In this document: positions 23,350 through 36,313 of the stretch, piece after piece
Layout of the letters: each line of letters opens with the position of its first letter
Position numbering within the stretch: the first letter of the stretch is position 1
Source: Iphione sp. A-MEVVRFRX5
Taxonomy: Eukaryota
Length of the DNA stretch: 64,000 nucleotides
Assembly (NCBI GenBank): GCA_976226885.1
Contig: OZ320320.1
Coordinates: forward strand, 64,790,001-64,854,000
Direction of reading: 5' to 3'
Position numbers and translations under genes: made by a program
Notes under the pieces: generated by a model
The model's input: only the letters and a program-made list of their open reading frames with translations
What the model was told of the DNA's origin: nothing
Databases searched by the model: none

Positions 23350-23950
23350 TTCGCTTCAAGAAATGATTGGCCATTCATCATTTGGCTTCTGATTTGGCCA
23401 GCGACCCCGAGGTCGCTGTCTACTATTGTTGATGATGCGTAACTAAGCGGAACTCTTTGTGATTTGGACAGACCAAACGATCTGCAGCAACTCGACCTCT
23501 TTTGAAGAGAGAGATGAGTGCCCACACTACTCAAATGAGTTGACGCCCAGCGGCAGCCCCACGAGGATGGAGAATACAGTTGTAAGCAGCAGCTAGTCTG
23601 AATAACCTCATAATGTAGGCCCTGGTCACCAACAAGCCTGATGATAATCACCCCTAATCCAAACAATGCGAAGCTTACCATACAGCTACTGGTTAATGAC
23701 CGTCTTTGCAACAGTTACAACAAGATGCGCTAATACAAGCCTTATGTAAGAGTTTAAGAGGAAACACCAACACATTCCCTTGCGTGAATAATAAACACAA
23801 TGTCTTATACGGCTCGGATGAGTTCTTTGCTCCTCTGTGGGGAAACATGAGTGATATGGCCTGCCTACCTAATTATGGTATCCCCAACGAAGAACCAAAT
23901 GCTACATTGACAAGACTAAATATGGCCTACCGACCAATATGAACTTGCAA
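23350..23950 (+). pseudogene. Possible decayed non-LTR retrotransposon (ORF1 Cys knuckle / APE endonuclease start)
   Basis: Broken-frame pieces TICSN...ECPHY and LYGSDEFFAPLWG loosely resemble the CANC...CPxY and GDFNAxxxxWG motifs. Many stops. Confidence 0.3.
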
Positions 23951-26216
23951 AATCAGGGCCAGGAATGAGACATTACCTAACATTCATTTTACATATGCTT
24001 CACCTATACACGACAACGAGCAATCCCTACGCTCTAAGTGGATGGCTCACACCTGCTCACATATTAATAATTTATATTGAGTACTTCATTATTTAACCAA
24101 TATTAAATGTATCCTAATATCAATCGTTTGCATAGGTTCTGAACCTATTTCTTCAATCTGAATACACAAAATAATTAATTTCATAAGTCGTTTAGGCACC
24201 GAACCCATGTCAATTCAGGTGCTCTGTCCAACTGATAATGGTTTTCATGATGGGCTTAAATTAAAACTGTGCAATATAAATTGAAGTTCCTATTCAACAA
24301 AGTAAAAGATATAAACATTTGGAACTTCTAAAACAGTTGGTCGGGAATGAGAGTTGATTTAATGTTAACTTCAATGTATATATTAACGTAAAATATATCA
24401 CCAATAATGAAAACGATTTAACTGTGGTACGTCATCAGTCAGCTAGAGCAAGAGATAACAGCATTACCGTTAGTGTGATCAGTAAGAATATTATGTTGCA
24501 ATATGTAAGAAGATTTTGGCTTGGAAATATGTCCCTATGCACCTATAGGCCTCCAACGCAAAGCACTGTTTTTACATGCAGTGTAAGTCGATCTGCTCAG
24601 TCCCCGAGTACTGTACAGGTATCCAAATACCATTTATATTCAGTGGAAAACAGTACTTAGAGAGAAATATGAGGCAGGCCTCTGGGCAGTAACATTGCGA
24701 AAAACCTTTCATAAATGCTCTAAGTTGCTTCTAACCTGATAGCAGGAAGGATAATTATGTGTCCAATGACCAACAGGGGGCAGCAGGGGCACCAGCCAAT
24801 AACGTTGAGGACATAGTATCACACGGCCTGAAAGGCGTAGGCCCTTCACGTTTCTTCTCCCTATTACTGTACCCTACCCCACTTGGCCCACCACCTCAAT
24901 CGCCCAAGCCAACTTCCCTATCCCCAAACTGTACATCAATCCATCGATGACGGGGGCTCAGTGGTCTCCTTCTATCCGAGGGAGGGCCATCCTTTGCGCG
25001 GCTCTGCTTCCGATCCTTGGGAAATGTTCTTTTCACATCGAGGGCGGATAATTAAATGTCGCCAATGCAGCTGAGGCCCCTCCCTTCAAGCGAACTTCGG
25101 AGGAGGATTCAGAGATGAGTTCGGACGTCAACACTTCAAAGCTGATTACATGAACTGGCGCCTCATCTGTACACAACATATGGGCCAGTTGCTCACACTT
25201 GCATGAAAAAAATATATGCACCACTGAAAGGAGCAGGGAAAGGCGAAGCAATAATGCTACCGTATTTACATATGACGGTGCGCGAGATGTCATGACAGCG
25301 ACAATATTGTGTTGCTAGGAACACTCTGATTTTATTTACATAGTTTATTAAAACTCATAACATCGACCGGAATCTTTACATGCCACATTAAAGTTTGTTT
25401 CTCGGAACAGAGCAGGTGATCAAGTGTGACGGCAGAAACTAATTGCATTTGTTAGCATTTGCGAATGAAACAATGACTGAGAAATGTTGCCGAACATGCA
25501 CCAACCCTAGAAAGAACCAGAAGGGTTTGTCACGACAAGGCGACTAAAGGTGGCACGAGGAAACCTAAGTCGACATGATCATCCGAACAAACTACACACA
25601 GATGACACCTAAATCAAGACGAAACAACTTCATCATGGAGCCACAAAAACGCAGACAAACAGTACTTCTGCATGATTGAACTCACAGATGTCTAGCACCT
25701 ATCACAGATGTGCCATCCCAGTAAACAGTACGGTTACCCAGTAGCTGGCTGATTGTCCGGCCAGAAGGATGGAAAAGCAGGAGCTCGTCGGGAACCTGGA
25801 AGAGGAACTTGTACGGAATTAACATACATGAGCTTGTGTTCTTTGTCCATCAAGTCCAAACAGATGGAGGATACAAATAAAACTCGTTCCTATCCCCTGG
25901 AAGAGGTCCTGTGAAGAGGTAGAACACCAGGACAGAGCCCCGGAGTAATTTGAATAACCTTTCTCCCGTGAGGATGTGAGTTGTGTATTCTGTATATAAA
26001 TGTAATGTTCATGATGAATCTGCCTCGTATTCTTCTGCGATTTTTCAGGTTTCCTGCATTTGCGCATGATGGAATTAGAGATTTCAATTTGCAAACGGCA
26101 CTTCAAAACCCCTTAGTTTAGGGGGACAGGGTTTAGGATTCTGCTTCTCTTTTTAATGGTAGATCAATTTCTTTGAATTAACATCATCATAATTCTGCGT
26201 GTCTTTGAGGATGACC

Positions 26217-26218
<2 letters not shown>

Positions 26219-26268
<50 letters not shown>
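26219..26268. repeat. (AG)25 microsatellite
   Basis: Read directly from the sequence. Confidence 0.98.
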
Positions 26269-26269
<1 letters not shown>

Positions 26270-26697
26270 CCATAAAGAAAAAGAGACACATAGATAGACA
26301 CACATTGAGCAATAAGAAGTAATCATGCACAGCCAGAGATGAGGTGTCGTGAGGTTTGGAAAACATGAAAAAGGTTGAGAATGTATAGTAGAAGAGACAG
26401 CTTGAAATAAGATACGACTAGTGAAACAGTCCTGCTCCAAAAACGACCAATTTAGCGCAAATAGCCTGGGTCAGTCACGTGAATTATGTGCAGATAGATT
26501 TGAAGGCAGCATGTTTCTATGTGGTATCCATGGGACCATAGTGTCTGTATTTAAAAATAAAAAAAAAACTTAGACGTTACGTAAATTGGGTCAGGGTAAC
26601 ATTTTTCTGAAAGCTGAGACAGGAATTTCGACAGCCAGGGTTCTAAATAGGCGGTCAAGGGTTCACGGGGATTTACTAGAAGACAATGCTTTTTTTC

Positions 26698-27000
26698 TGT
26701 AAGAATTGTGAATCAGGCTTCCGAGGTGAATGGTAAAGAAATGTCCGTTAGAACGCAGTGGTGGCAAATCAATGATTTTTGCTTAACTACCCAGCACAGG
26801 TTGTCCCTATCTAGGTGACATCTATTCGTGCTGTGCTCATGTAATAGCATATCGTCATGATGCATTCCAACAGGTGGTGCGGCTGTATATGGTTACGTTA
26901 TAAACATATATATGTTTAGTGACTCAAATCAGTAAATGCTTGTTACACTACCTATTAAGAATATCTCCAGAACGTAGTCCATACCCACCCAGTACAGTCT
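26698..27000 (+). pseudogene. Decayed KolX / P2X7-ballast-like fragment
   Basis: Across frameshifts the fragments appear in order: CKNC (26698), CLTTQH (about 26780), AYRHDAFQQVVR then VYGY (26847-26900), LRISPE (about 26955). This order matches the recalled family pattern CxxC..CITxH..YRHxAYRQFVRWxYGxLG..IRxxFP. Confidence 0.45.
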
Positions 27001-27349
27001 CATGCTGTCTGTGAGATTTGTGTGTGAGTATATATTAACTTATGCTTCTAAAAGAATTTCTTTTGGTTCTGAAAGCTGAAACAGTTAAAATGCCTCAAAC
27101 ATTTTTGCATCGAGGATTCACATAAATAAGTAAGAGGAACTGCACTATTTTTTAGTTGAGAAGGAATACTGCCCTAATTAAGTTTGACACAGTTGTATGG
27201 TCGAATAGGGGCTAAGGAGGTCATGGCCTGCCTGTCTGAGTCTGTGGGCAGTGGGGAGGGGTGGGGTCTCTCTCTCTTTCTCTCTCTTTCTCACCAAAGG
27301 CGCTCGTTCTTTATTAATAGAGCAATTGTCTGTGGCGAATTGGATAGTG

Positions 27350-28340
27350 ATACGTATAGATATCAACTTCTAGATGAATTGTGTTTCCTCATGCAGGACA
27401 GTCGAATATATATTATATTTAATCGATTCATTTACACAGTGATGCTGCACTTGAGTATGTAACCAAGTTATGGATTACTATTGATAAGGAATAATATTAT
27501 ATTCTCAAGAAATGGAAAAGCATACAGGTAAGCAATAAGATTTTTTACAGATTTGTTCTTATGCAGGTTGTAATCAGGGTAGAGGGGTCGAGCATGATTA
27601 CTCACTGTATAGCATATACAACAAAAATGAGGTAGGTAGATATGTACACATTGTATAGATCCATATGATAATACTTCATGTAATAATGTCCACAAGAAAT
27701 CTGAAGGAAATTTGAAAAGGTATGTTTATGCATGATATTTGATTCTAAATATAATAATAAATGTACCTCAGGACCATGTTGAAGCGATCTCAGGTCATAC
27801 ATTGTAGGAAGATATCAACAAGATATCTTCGGAAGATATTTGGGAAGATAACAGATATTCTAGTGCTGACCAACAATCATGGAACCTGTGTTTAGAAATG
27901 TTACCCATGATCATAGCTGGACCTATAAAATCGTGAATATCGTCCGTAGTGAACTTTCTCCATAAAGCCCTATGTCCAGCAATTTCCTCATCCTCATCAC
28001 TGTGAGCATGACTATTGATGTCGTTAACAGTTTTGATGGGGAATCCAATGGATTTTGATTTCTAAATCATTTGGCCTTTTTTGTGGGATATTATAGTAAC
28101 CATCATTTTTTCATTTCTTCTCACCGTGTCAAGTAAACCTCATTTGAATCATAACCATTTGCAGTGACGTTATTGGTTTGTCATTTACCAATTATTACAT
28201 TTTTAGATATATCGTCTTCCTGAGAACTTGCATTCTCCGTATTTAATGGTAAAACAGCTTCAAGATCAAGATCTCCTTCCCAATCTCTGTCAATAATACA
28301 AAAGTCACTATCTGATGCAATTTCGATGAGAGAAAGTAAC
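27350..28340 (-). pseudogene. Decayed, intron-containing piggyBac transposase
   Basis: Minus strand: an AG/GT-bounded acidic exon 28340-28189 (LLSLIEIASDSDF...); WRKFTTDDIHDFIGPAMIMGNISKHRFHDCWS at about 27965-27870; MT*DRFNMVL followed by GT at about 27800-27765, matching piggyBac W..T..E..F.G....MG....YWS and MSRxRF; a possible VNES (IDES) remnant near 27430. Confidence 0.65.
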
Positions 28341-28399
28341 CTGAAAACAAATATCAGGCAATTGACATACCAAATACAGAGAGTGTGGTGTAATGGGAG

Positions 28400-29420
28400 T
28401 TTTCTAAATATCTACCAATAATTACAAGGATTCGCTAGGGATCTATTTTAGGTCCCTGGCTGTTCATTGTGTAATTAAATTACATATTTAAATACTCTTT
28501 TCCTTCCAAAATATTGGCATATGCAGATGACATAACAATCTTGATGTGGGGGTCAAATGCCTTTGGCTTGAGGACCAAATTGTAGCATATGATGACTCAA
28601 GTTGGAAATTGGTGCCATGAGAATGGCCTTATAGTCAACAAAGATAAATCCGAAGTAATGAGTTATGGTAAAGCGAGGTCGTTTCAGTTGGATGTGGAAT
28701 CACAGGGAAAAGTTTTAGAACAAGTACATGTATTTCAGTTTATGGAGTTTAACCTGGATAGCAGATTACTTTTTAAAAGTATGGTTAATTACAAAACCTC
28801 ATGTATAAGAAGTGTATGTTATTTGTTATACAGGGCAAGAATCTAATGGATCGGAAAATGATTGTGAATCTACTTGTTTTGCGTATTAGTCCACGTTTGG
28901 ACTATGGCTTGCCCTTCTTGAGTGTGTTAAGGCAGCAAGATATGGAGAGACTTGAAAGTGCATGGCTAAAATCTATACGTCTATTACTGTTCAATAGGTA
29001 GACAAGTAAAACAACCATGTTAAGATTCATGTGTAAAGAAAATATACAAACTATTGAACAACGTATATGTCATTCAACCATTATGCTTATAACTGACATG
29101 TATTTTCTGTCTTTCTGGAGAGTCAAGAGAAGTACCAACAAGAGATGAGGATGTAGCATATAGTTACAAGTTGTTAAGCTGAATATAAAAATAGTATATA
29201 TCAGTTTTATATACAGAGGTGTACAGTGTTGGAACGGAATACCAGAATAAGTTACTTGTCAATCATGTACCTGTATTAAGTTATATTGGAGAAGATCCAG
29301 GTTAAGTTGGTGATCGCCGAAATAAATTCTTTCAGGTATGGTTTTGTATTTTTGTATTGTATGATACCTAGTTTGGAGGTGGGTCTATTCTGCTCAATAA
29401 AAATATTTTGAATTTGAATT
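28400..29420 (+). pseudogene. Decayed 3' part of a CR1/L2-type LINE reverse transcriptase
   Basis: GSILGPWLFIV (about 28440), AYADDITI (28518-28541), WCHENGLIVNKDKS. Ends in AATAAA plus a TTGAAT-type tail at about 29395-29420. Confidence 0.75.
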
Positions 29421-30049
29421 TAAATTTGTGTTGTCAATTGCAACAGTAGAGCAATGCCATCAACAAAGTACAATGCAAGGAATACTTCCAGTCCTCAAAA
29501 CATACATCATCTATCATTCTATTTAGTTTTAGTAGCGTTTACTAATTATTGTTGAAGAAAAATTAGTTATGAATATTATTTCCAAATTTAGTAAAAATCC
29601 ATTTACTATTTCTATTAAATTCTGATGCAAAAATACATGTACTTGTAGACATCAGGGGAGCTTTGTAAGAGGCACACATATAGGCCTTTACCTCTGTTCG
29701 CCCAGGAGTGCCTGTGGGTATTAGCTGCCAGAACAGGGTTGGTATTTGGTAAGCAACCAGTTTAAAACTAATTTACCCAAGTGCTCTAGGCGTATAGGTG
29801 GTAGAGAAGCGTATCCTGCTGCTTGTTTTAAGTGCGTTTCTCCTAACATTTCGGGGGAAGGTACTGAAAGTGTGAAGAAAAAAAGGAATCAGAGATAAAT
29901 TTGATAGCGGATCAAAGTCTAGTTGATCAAATCATTAAAGTGGAGAAGAATATCTCGAAATCATCTATTCATTATCCTTCCGGAATAGCGTACGCGCTGG
30001 ACATCTGCCTACCCGCCCCGCGCACATATTGCACAATGGATTCTCCTTC

Positions 30050-31050
30050 GTTCATCTTCCCACATCCTAATAAACACGTACTACCCAGTAAATGATCATA
30101 TATAATTGATCAGCGGAAGATGTGGTTAGTCTGAGCATCTCGCCCACTCCCGTTGTGAGTGGCTCGTAGGTCATACCCATCACTAAGGGCATTGCTGCAT
30201 TATTGACAGGGTTAGAAATAGGGTTGTCCGAGGGGCGAGGCTCATTTTCAGGGCAGTCTAGGATTACTGACAATATATATCATAAGGACCCATGTGCTCA
30301 GTAAACAGGTTTCAGACCCAGGAGGATGCCTGTGAGATTATCAAATTAAGGCGTTTGACGAGCATGTTTTTAGGTAAATTCTTATTCAGATTCAGAACGG
30401 AAAGTGTCTAAGTATCAGGACTTTTTCATTATGAGAGAAGGTGTGATATGGGCATTGGTCAGGATGTGCTTGTATGACGAAAGTATTTTCAGTATGCGCT
30501 GTCTGCTAATACAGCGTGACCTCACTGCTGTTGATCCGTATTGTTGTTGTTAGCAGTTTGTATGAAGTACTGAGTAATCTGAAGTATTTAATCATAAAAA
30601 ATAATGATGGATCTCTTGTTACCTCATATGCTTCAAATATGAAAGAATAAGAGTCTTTTTGAGGATTTGAGTCATTGCAGAGTGGCTGGATATATAGATT
30701 GGAATCTTTCAGATATGGACAACAAAGGAACTGCCCAAAACTGCCAATAACGAGAAGATGTTTGGAATAGCTGGAGTATAGAATAATGGATTTAGGGATT
30801 TGGTTCTCCCTTTTCACTGTCAATAAAATGAGATGTCCTGAGCGGAAGGTGTCCGGAATAAGGGATCCCTGGACTTGAGAATATGGTTCCTCTGAGGTTC
30901 AGACTGTAAGATACACGGTTTGCTGTTACATTGTGGTAAACGAAAGAGAATAACTAGACGTTTCCCCTGTATGGCCTCTTTCATATGAAGTGGTCCTGGC
31001 GTAGAATGGCCTGTCACTCTGTGTGCAGCCATCTAGCATTTCTAATGATT
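30050..31050 (-). pseudogene. Possible decayed LINE APE-endonuclease region
   Basis: Minus-strand fragment LDC..PSDNPIS resembles the APE terminal SDHxPI motif; the rest is heavily interrupted. Confidence 0.3.
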
Positions 31051-32360
31051 TACTCTAGCATAATCGAATAATGAATGTCCATGGATGTAACCCATTCATG
31101 TTACCTGCTCATAATTTCCATGTGTTCCTCTCTGCCATTTGTCAGTTGTTTTGCTGGCCGAAAGACTATTTAAATTGCAACAGCAGATATCGTATTGCTT
31201 ACTGGATTATGGCCTAAGAACATGACAGTTGGTGTTCATATAGCATAAACTATGTATTAGACAATGACTTCGGGTCTTCAGAAACAAAAATACGAGAGTG
31301 CCCTTGTTGTCCATAAGTGCGGACATGATCACCATGATAAGTCAAGGAATGAAACATAAACCATTGAAACTTATCAAGTAACATACCTTAATATGGTTTA
31401 TGAAAAGACCTAAAGTGCTAGATTCGGCAATGTTCAGCCTAGTACCTGGATTATAGATGATATATCCTAAAGTAGACTTCATACCGAAGATCATAGAATA
31501 GTAATCATAAACAAGCATATATCCAGCCTATCTCTGTCGAACCGACATCTGGCGAGGAGAGGGACATGACCCGAGAGGAAATCATAACGAAGAGGGGACA
31601 TTGAGAAACGGAACCAATAGACATTAAGAGGTTTGGTATATAACATATAACCGTCTACATAACAGGAAATGAGGTTAATTGAAAAAGAGCTGTAATGGAG
31701 GGGGGGACGTGAGGGAAATAGAAGGGGGGCTTATTCAGCGACAGAGAACGAGTTTTGTACTGAGCTGGAGGAGATTATAGCGGTTGTGAAGATGAACGGA
31801 AAGACACCGAGAAATTTCGCTAGAGAAAATGAAGAAGAAATATCATGAAGAAAGTGATAGAGAAATATAAGACAGGTTGAATCTTATATGACTGCTCCTA
31901 ATTAAATCTAAGACAAAGAGAACGAGGGGAAACCAGGAAGATAGGGGTGGGGGGAGGGAGTGGTTTTCGAATAAAAGGAGTAGAATTACACCATCAGAGG
32001 CTTCACCAGTGACGTTCTGTGAAATTGAAACAGGTAACCCAGGAGCGAATCACCAGCATCGGCATTGTTCTCTCAGTTCGTGACGCTCTCTGGCGACCGG
32101 GAGTGAAGGTTTGAAAAGCTTCTTTAACCCTATACTGGCCGCACAGTGGGAAATCGTCCATATCTGGATGATGGTTTTCACAACATGTTTTCTGTGTGTT
32201 TCTGCAGTTTTTTTTTTGAAAAATAATATGCAAACTGTCTATATGAACATGAAAAGCAATTTGATCCATAGAAATGAGTATGTTACATTGACAAAATAAA
32301 TTGAATAAAATAATAGAAGTAGATCCGCACTCGTGCCTTTGTTGAGTGCATGGCGCCAAC

Positions 32361-35300
32361 ATGCCACGCCCTCAGAGATCCGCTGCCCAGAGGGCAAGGA
32401 AATTAATAGAACAAGGTTACACAGTAGCAAGGGTAGATGCCATAGGATCAAGAGGGATGACAGAAGAGGAAGAAGATGCACTCAATGAGGAAATAGCAGG
32501 CCCACCAGAGGGGAATATCATGGATTTCTACGAGAGTGAAGCTGAGGATCAGGTCGGCAACATTTGTGGCAACAGTCGTAAACGACGGTATGTATTAATA
32601 GATGGAGTTTTCTGTTGAAAATCAAGTAAGGATAAGTGTAATTTGAGAAACTGAGATAGCCAAAATGTAGTACAAACCTCATTTTGTAAGCCTACAAATG
32701 AAAATGGCTGGAAGTCATGTAGATCTTGAGCACCAGCCAAAATGCTCCCCGATGTTATTCGTATGTGGCGACATCTTACTGCTATTTTGACGTTGTTTGA
32801 CGTCATTAGCGGCGTCAACGTGCAGTCGTACAGTTATTCTATTTTTTTTAAAGATTGATGGTATGAAACCATTAAAAATTAGACCAAATGAATCATTAAG
32901 GGTTTCTAACGTAATTTAAGTACAGTAATTGATCTTTATGTTTTAGATTTATGTCATATGAGGATGTTGATGTGCAGCCACCTATGAAGAAGTTCAGGCC
33001 TCCAAATCCACCGGGACTCCATCTGACGGAGAGGATAACACGCACAGGAATACTGAAATTCACTCGAGCCATCGATTTTTTCCAGTTATTGATAACTGAT
33101 GAGTTATTGGAGGTACGAAAAAATAGATTATAATCTGTTCGGTTCTGCCTGGAATTACAGGACTGTGGTGCCTAACATGAGATTGTCGAATATGGCCACC
33201 TGCACGATATGTAAAGGTGTTTTTCCGATGGAAATGAATGAAACATACTATGGGTTATATGTTTGATGAGCATTACTATGAATTTGGATAATTGCTTCGG
33301 TTGGGCATATATGCAAGGGAATGGAAATAAAATGTGCATGTTAAGTACAATTAATGACCTGCACATATGTAAAACTGCCAATATGTTTTATTTGCAGATG
33401 ATAGTTGACCACACTAATGTGTATGCCGAGCTTCATATCGCAGAAAAACCATCCTATGGTAAACGGCGGGATGGATCGTGGGAACTAACCTGTGTACAAG
33501 AGTTAAAACAACTGATAGCGTTGATCATATTCCAAGGCTTCAATGGACCTAGGGATATTGAAAGAAGTTGGTCACAGGCCACCCTGTACTCTGGGGGATG
33601 GAGCAGGAGGTTCCTCTCTAGGAACAGGTATGCATTGGATTGTACTGTAGTTTATGTCCTATTTGTATATGTCTGCTATAATGCTAATAATAATGATGCC
33701 GTGGCTGCATTCCCTCAGTGGCATTGATTTTCCAGACAGTCATGTTTCTGCCTTTATTTTTCTTCTCTACAGATTCAAGGCCCTTAGTGCAATGTTGCAC
33801 ATTTCAATGCCTGGCGAGGAAGATGAAAACGACAAGCTGACCAAAGTCCGCCCAATCTTGGACCACATGGAGTGTGTGTGCTCGAAATATTTCCAGCCAA
33901 GGCAAGATGTGTCGATAGACGAGCGCATGGTTGCCTCGAAAGGAAGGTCTCCAGTGAGGCAGTATATGCCTAACAAGCCATCCAAGTACGGCTACAAACT
34001 ATGGTGTCTATGCGATGCCGAAACAGGGTATACAATCAACTTCAAGTAAGTAACAAAGCCAATATTAAATCCTTGTCCTTTTATAATTGTTGTAATAATG
34101 TCACCATGGTCTAAGGATCACATAGGGGGATTTCAATTTTAGTTATGCAATACTTGAATACCTAGTGGATCTGTCAATTGAAAAAGCCTGATATTATATG
34201 GATGTCTCATACACTGAATAGAACCTCCTAACATGGCATCACTTCTACGTTGCAGTGTCTATACAGGTCGGCAGGAGGAACGCAGTAGCTACGGCCTAGG
34301 GTATGATGTTGTTACTGCCCTGATGAAGCCTTATCAGCACCAGGGCTACAGGGTGTTCTGCGACAACTTTTTTACATCGGTGGGCCTGGCCAAGCATCTG
34401 ACAACACAAGGCACTTATTTGTGCGGCACAACACAACCTTGGCGGCGAGGTTTTCCTCAGGTAATCGGACAATGGATTTGTGGTGAAATAACCAGAGATG
34501 TACAGCAGAATTAACTTTAATGTCATTACCACAATTATGACACCCATCACTTTTCTATTTTCCAGCCTCTCAAGGAAAAGACTTGGATAAAGAAAGCAAA
34601 GCGCGGTGACATGAGGTACATCCGAGATGGTGTTGTTTTGATGCTTCAATGGTTCGATAAGCGTCCCGTTAACATGATGAGCACCATGCACCGTGGCAAC
34701 GACCATTTGCTGATATTCAGGCGTGGTAAAGACAAGGAAGGCGCATACAGCCCTGATGTTGTCCGCATGCCAACATGTGTCAAGGCCTACAACAAGTCTA
34801 TGGGAGGCGTCGATCTGGCCGACCAGATGCTCGAAACATACAGCTGCCTTGCAAAAGTTAGAAGATGGTGGAAAACGCTCTTTTTCCACATGGTGGATGT
34901 GGCCATCCTCAACAGTCATCTACTTTTCAAGATGTGGAGGGCTGCTCATCCTGAGGTTCCAGGGTTGCGCAGGCGTGCTAGTAAGTGTTTGAGTAAAATC
35001 GACAGGAGTAAATAGGCACACACAGTCATGATACATTTACAATAGACTGGCGATACAATACTTCTTTTAATTTTGTGCATTTCATATGTATTGAATTGGT
35101 ATTGCTGGCATGAAACCTAACCATATAATACATTCTGTCTTTCATTCAGACTATTCCCACCTGAGCTTCAGGGAGGAGTTGGTCCGGCAGTTGGCCAGGA
35201 TACATGACAATGAGTATCCACCGATATATGGTCCTGCTTTCAAACGCAGGAAAAGCCTCATCTGTACTGGTCCACATGACCCATCCTACACAACAATCAG

Positions 35301-35472
35301 GAGGAACTGCTATGTTTGCTACGCACGCCATGGGAAGCAACGGAAGAGCTACATAAAGTGTTCCGATCCACAGTGTCAGGTGCACCTGTGCCTGAACAAG
35401 AAGAGGAATTGCTTCCCACTATGGCACTCCCCCGAATTCGACAAATACAGGCGTGGAAGGAAGGAGGAATGA
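32361..35472 (+). CDS. Intact piggyBac DDD transposase, 7 exons, 612 aa: join(32361..32587,32947..33112,33398..33627,33773..34045,34256..34460,34566..34980,35150..35472)
   Basis: All six introns are GT..AG and phase-compatible; the total is 1839 nt (613 codons including stop). Motifs: SRNRF across a junction, SIDERMV, KPSKYGYK, FCDNFFTS, YNKSMGGVDLADQ, and the C-terminal Cys-rich domain CYVC...CSDPQCQVHLC...CF..WH. Confidence 0.93.
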
Positions 35473-35619
35473 ACAAGTTGAACATGAAGTGGCTAACGGC
35501 AGAGAATTTAATTTCAAGCTTGGTTACAGGATAAACTGGCAACAAAACCAAAATGTATTCATTTATAATCCTTCATCGTCCACTGCAGATGCTGTTATCC
35601 TTGAATCCCATGCCACTCA

Positions 35620-36313
35620 TTACGATGATTTGCCTTTCTTGGGGTAAGTGAGCATGCTCATTTCCTCGAGGGTGACGTAATAAACCTGTAGATAAAGATA
35701 AGAGTACAACAAGTTAGTCTCAAATTCCAATCATATCCAACCAAATCACATTCCACATGCCTAATCTAGTTACTTTGTATGGTGCAACAGGGTTCGGAAG
35801 TGAATCTGTAATTTTGTTAGAAGTTAAGACATGTACTCACATCTGAACGATGTTCGTATTGCTCGTCATATGCACCAGAATGTTCGTCAGGGAATTTCTC
35901 CCTCACAGCTTCACGTACCTCCTGTGGAAATACGTATGTGGTGTTTCCTTGTCCAAGACTAGCACCAAACTGAAGATGTAAGAAATTATATTTGCAGTTG
36001 CTGTTTCCTCCTGTAATATCAAGTCTATTTACTTGTAAGTCGACAGGATTACAAATTACTTTGATTCAATGACCACCTGTCGTGATGTAATACTATCTTG
36101 TATGTGAACATATGATTAATTGTTCTTTTAATCAAATTACAGATGTACTCGGCTAAATTGTAACCTATTGGGTCTGGTATGTTTATACATTCACTCAAAC
36201 TGATGTACCTTGCATGCAGCCCACAGGAGCCGATATATTCTTCGTCGTGATGCAGCTGTCTCGATTAATCTGACAAGACCTTGGGGGGTTTCCAGGCTAC
36301 CAAGGACAATCAT
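35620..36313 (-). CDS. Predicted 99-aa accessory protein, 3 exons: complement(join(36313..36209,35969..35841,35685..35620)); KolX / P2X7-ballast-like
   Basis: Both introns are GT..AG and phase 0, with strong sites (AAG|GTACAT, CATCTTCAG|, GAT|GTGAGT, TTTATCTACAG|). Product: MIVLGSLETPQGLVRLIETAASRRRIYRLLWAACKFGASLGQGNTTYVFPQEVREAVREKFPDEHSGAYDEQYEHRSDVYYVTLEEMSMLTYPKKGKSS. The 5' end is uncertain. Confidence 0.7.

Noticed and set aside
26480-26520. LCADRFEGSMF resembling the THAP CSxHF motif
   Set aside because: The key His is absent and no other THAP motif is nearby.
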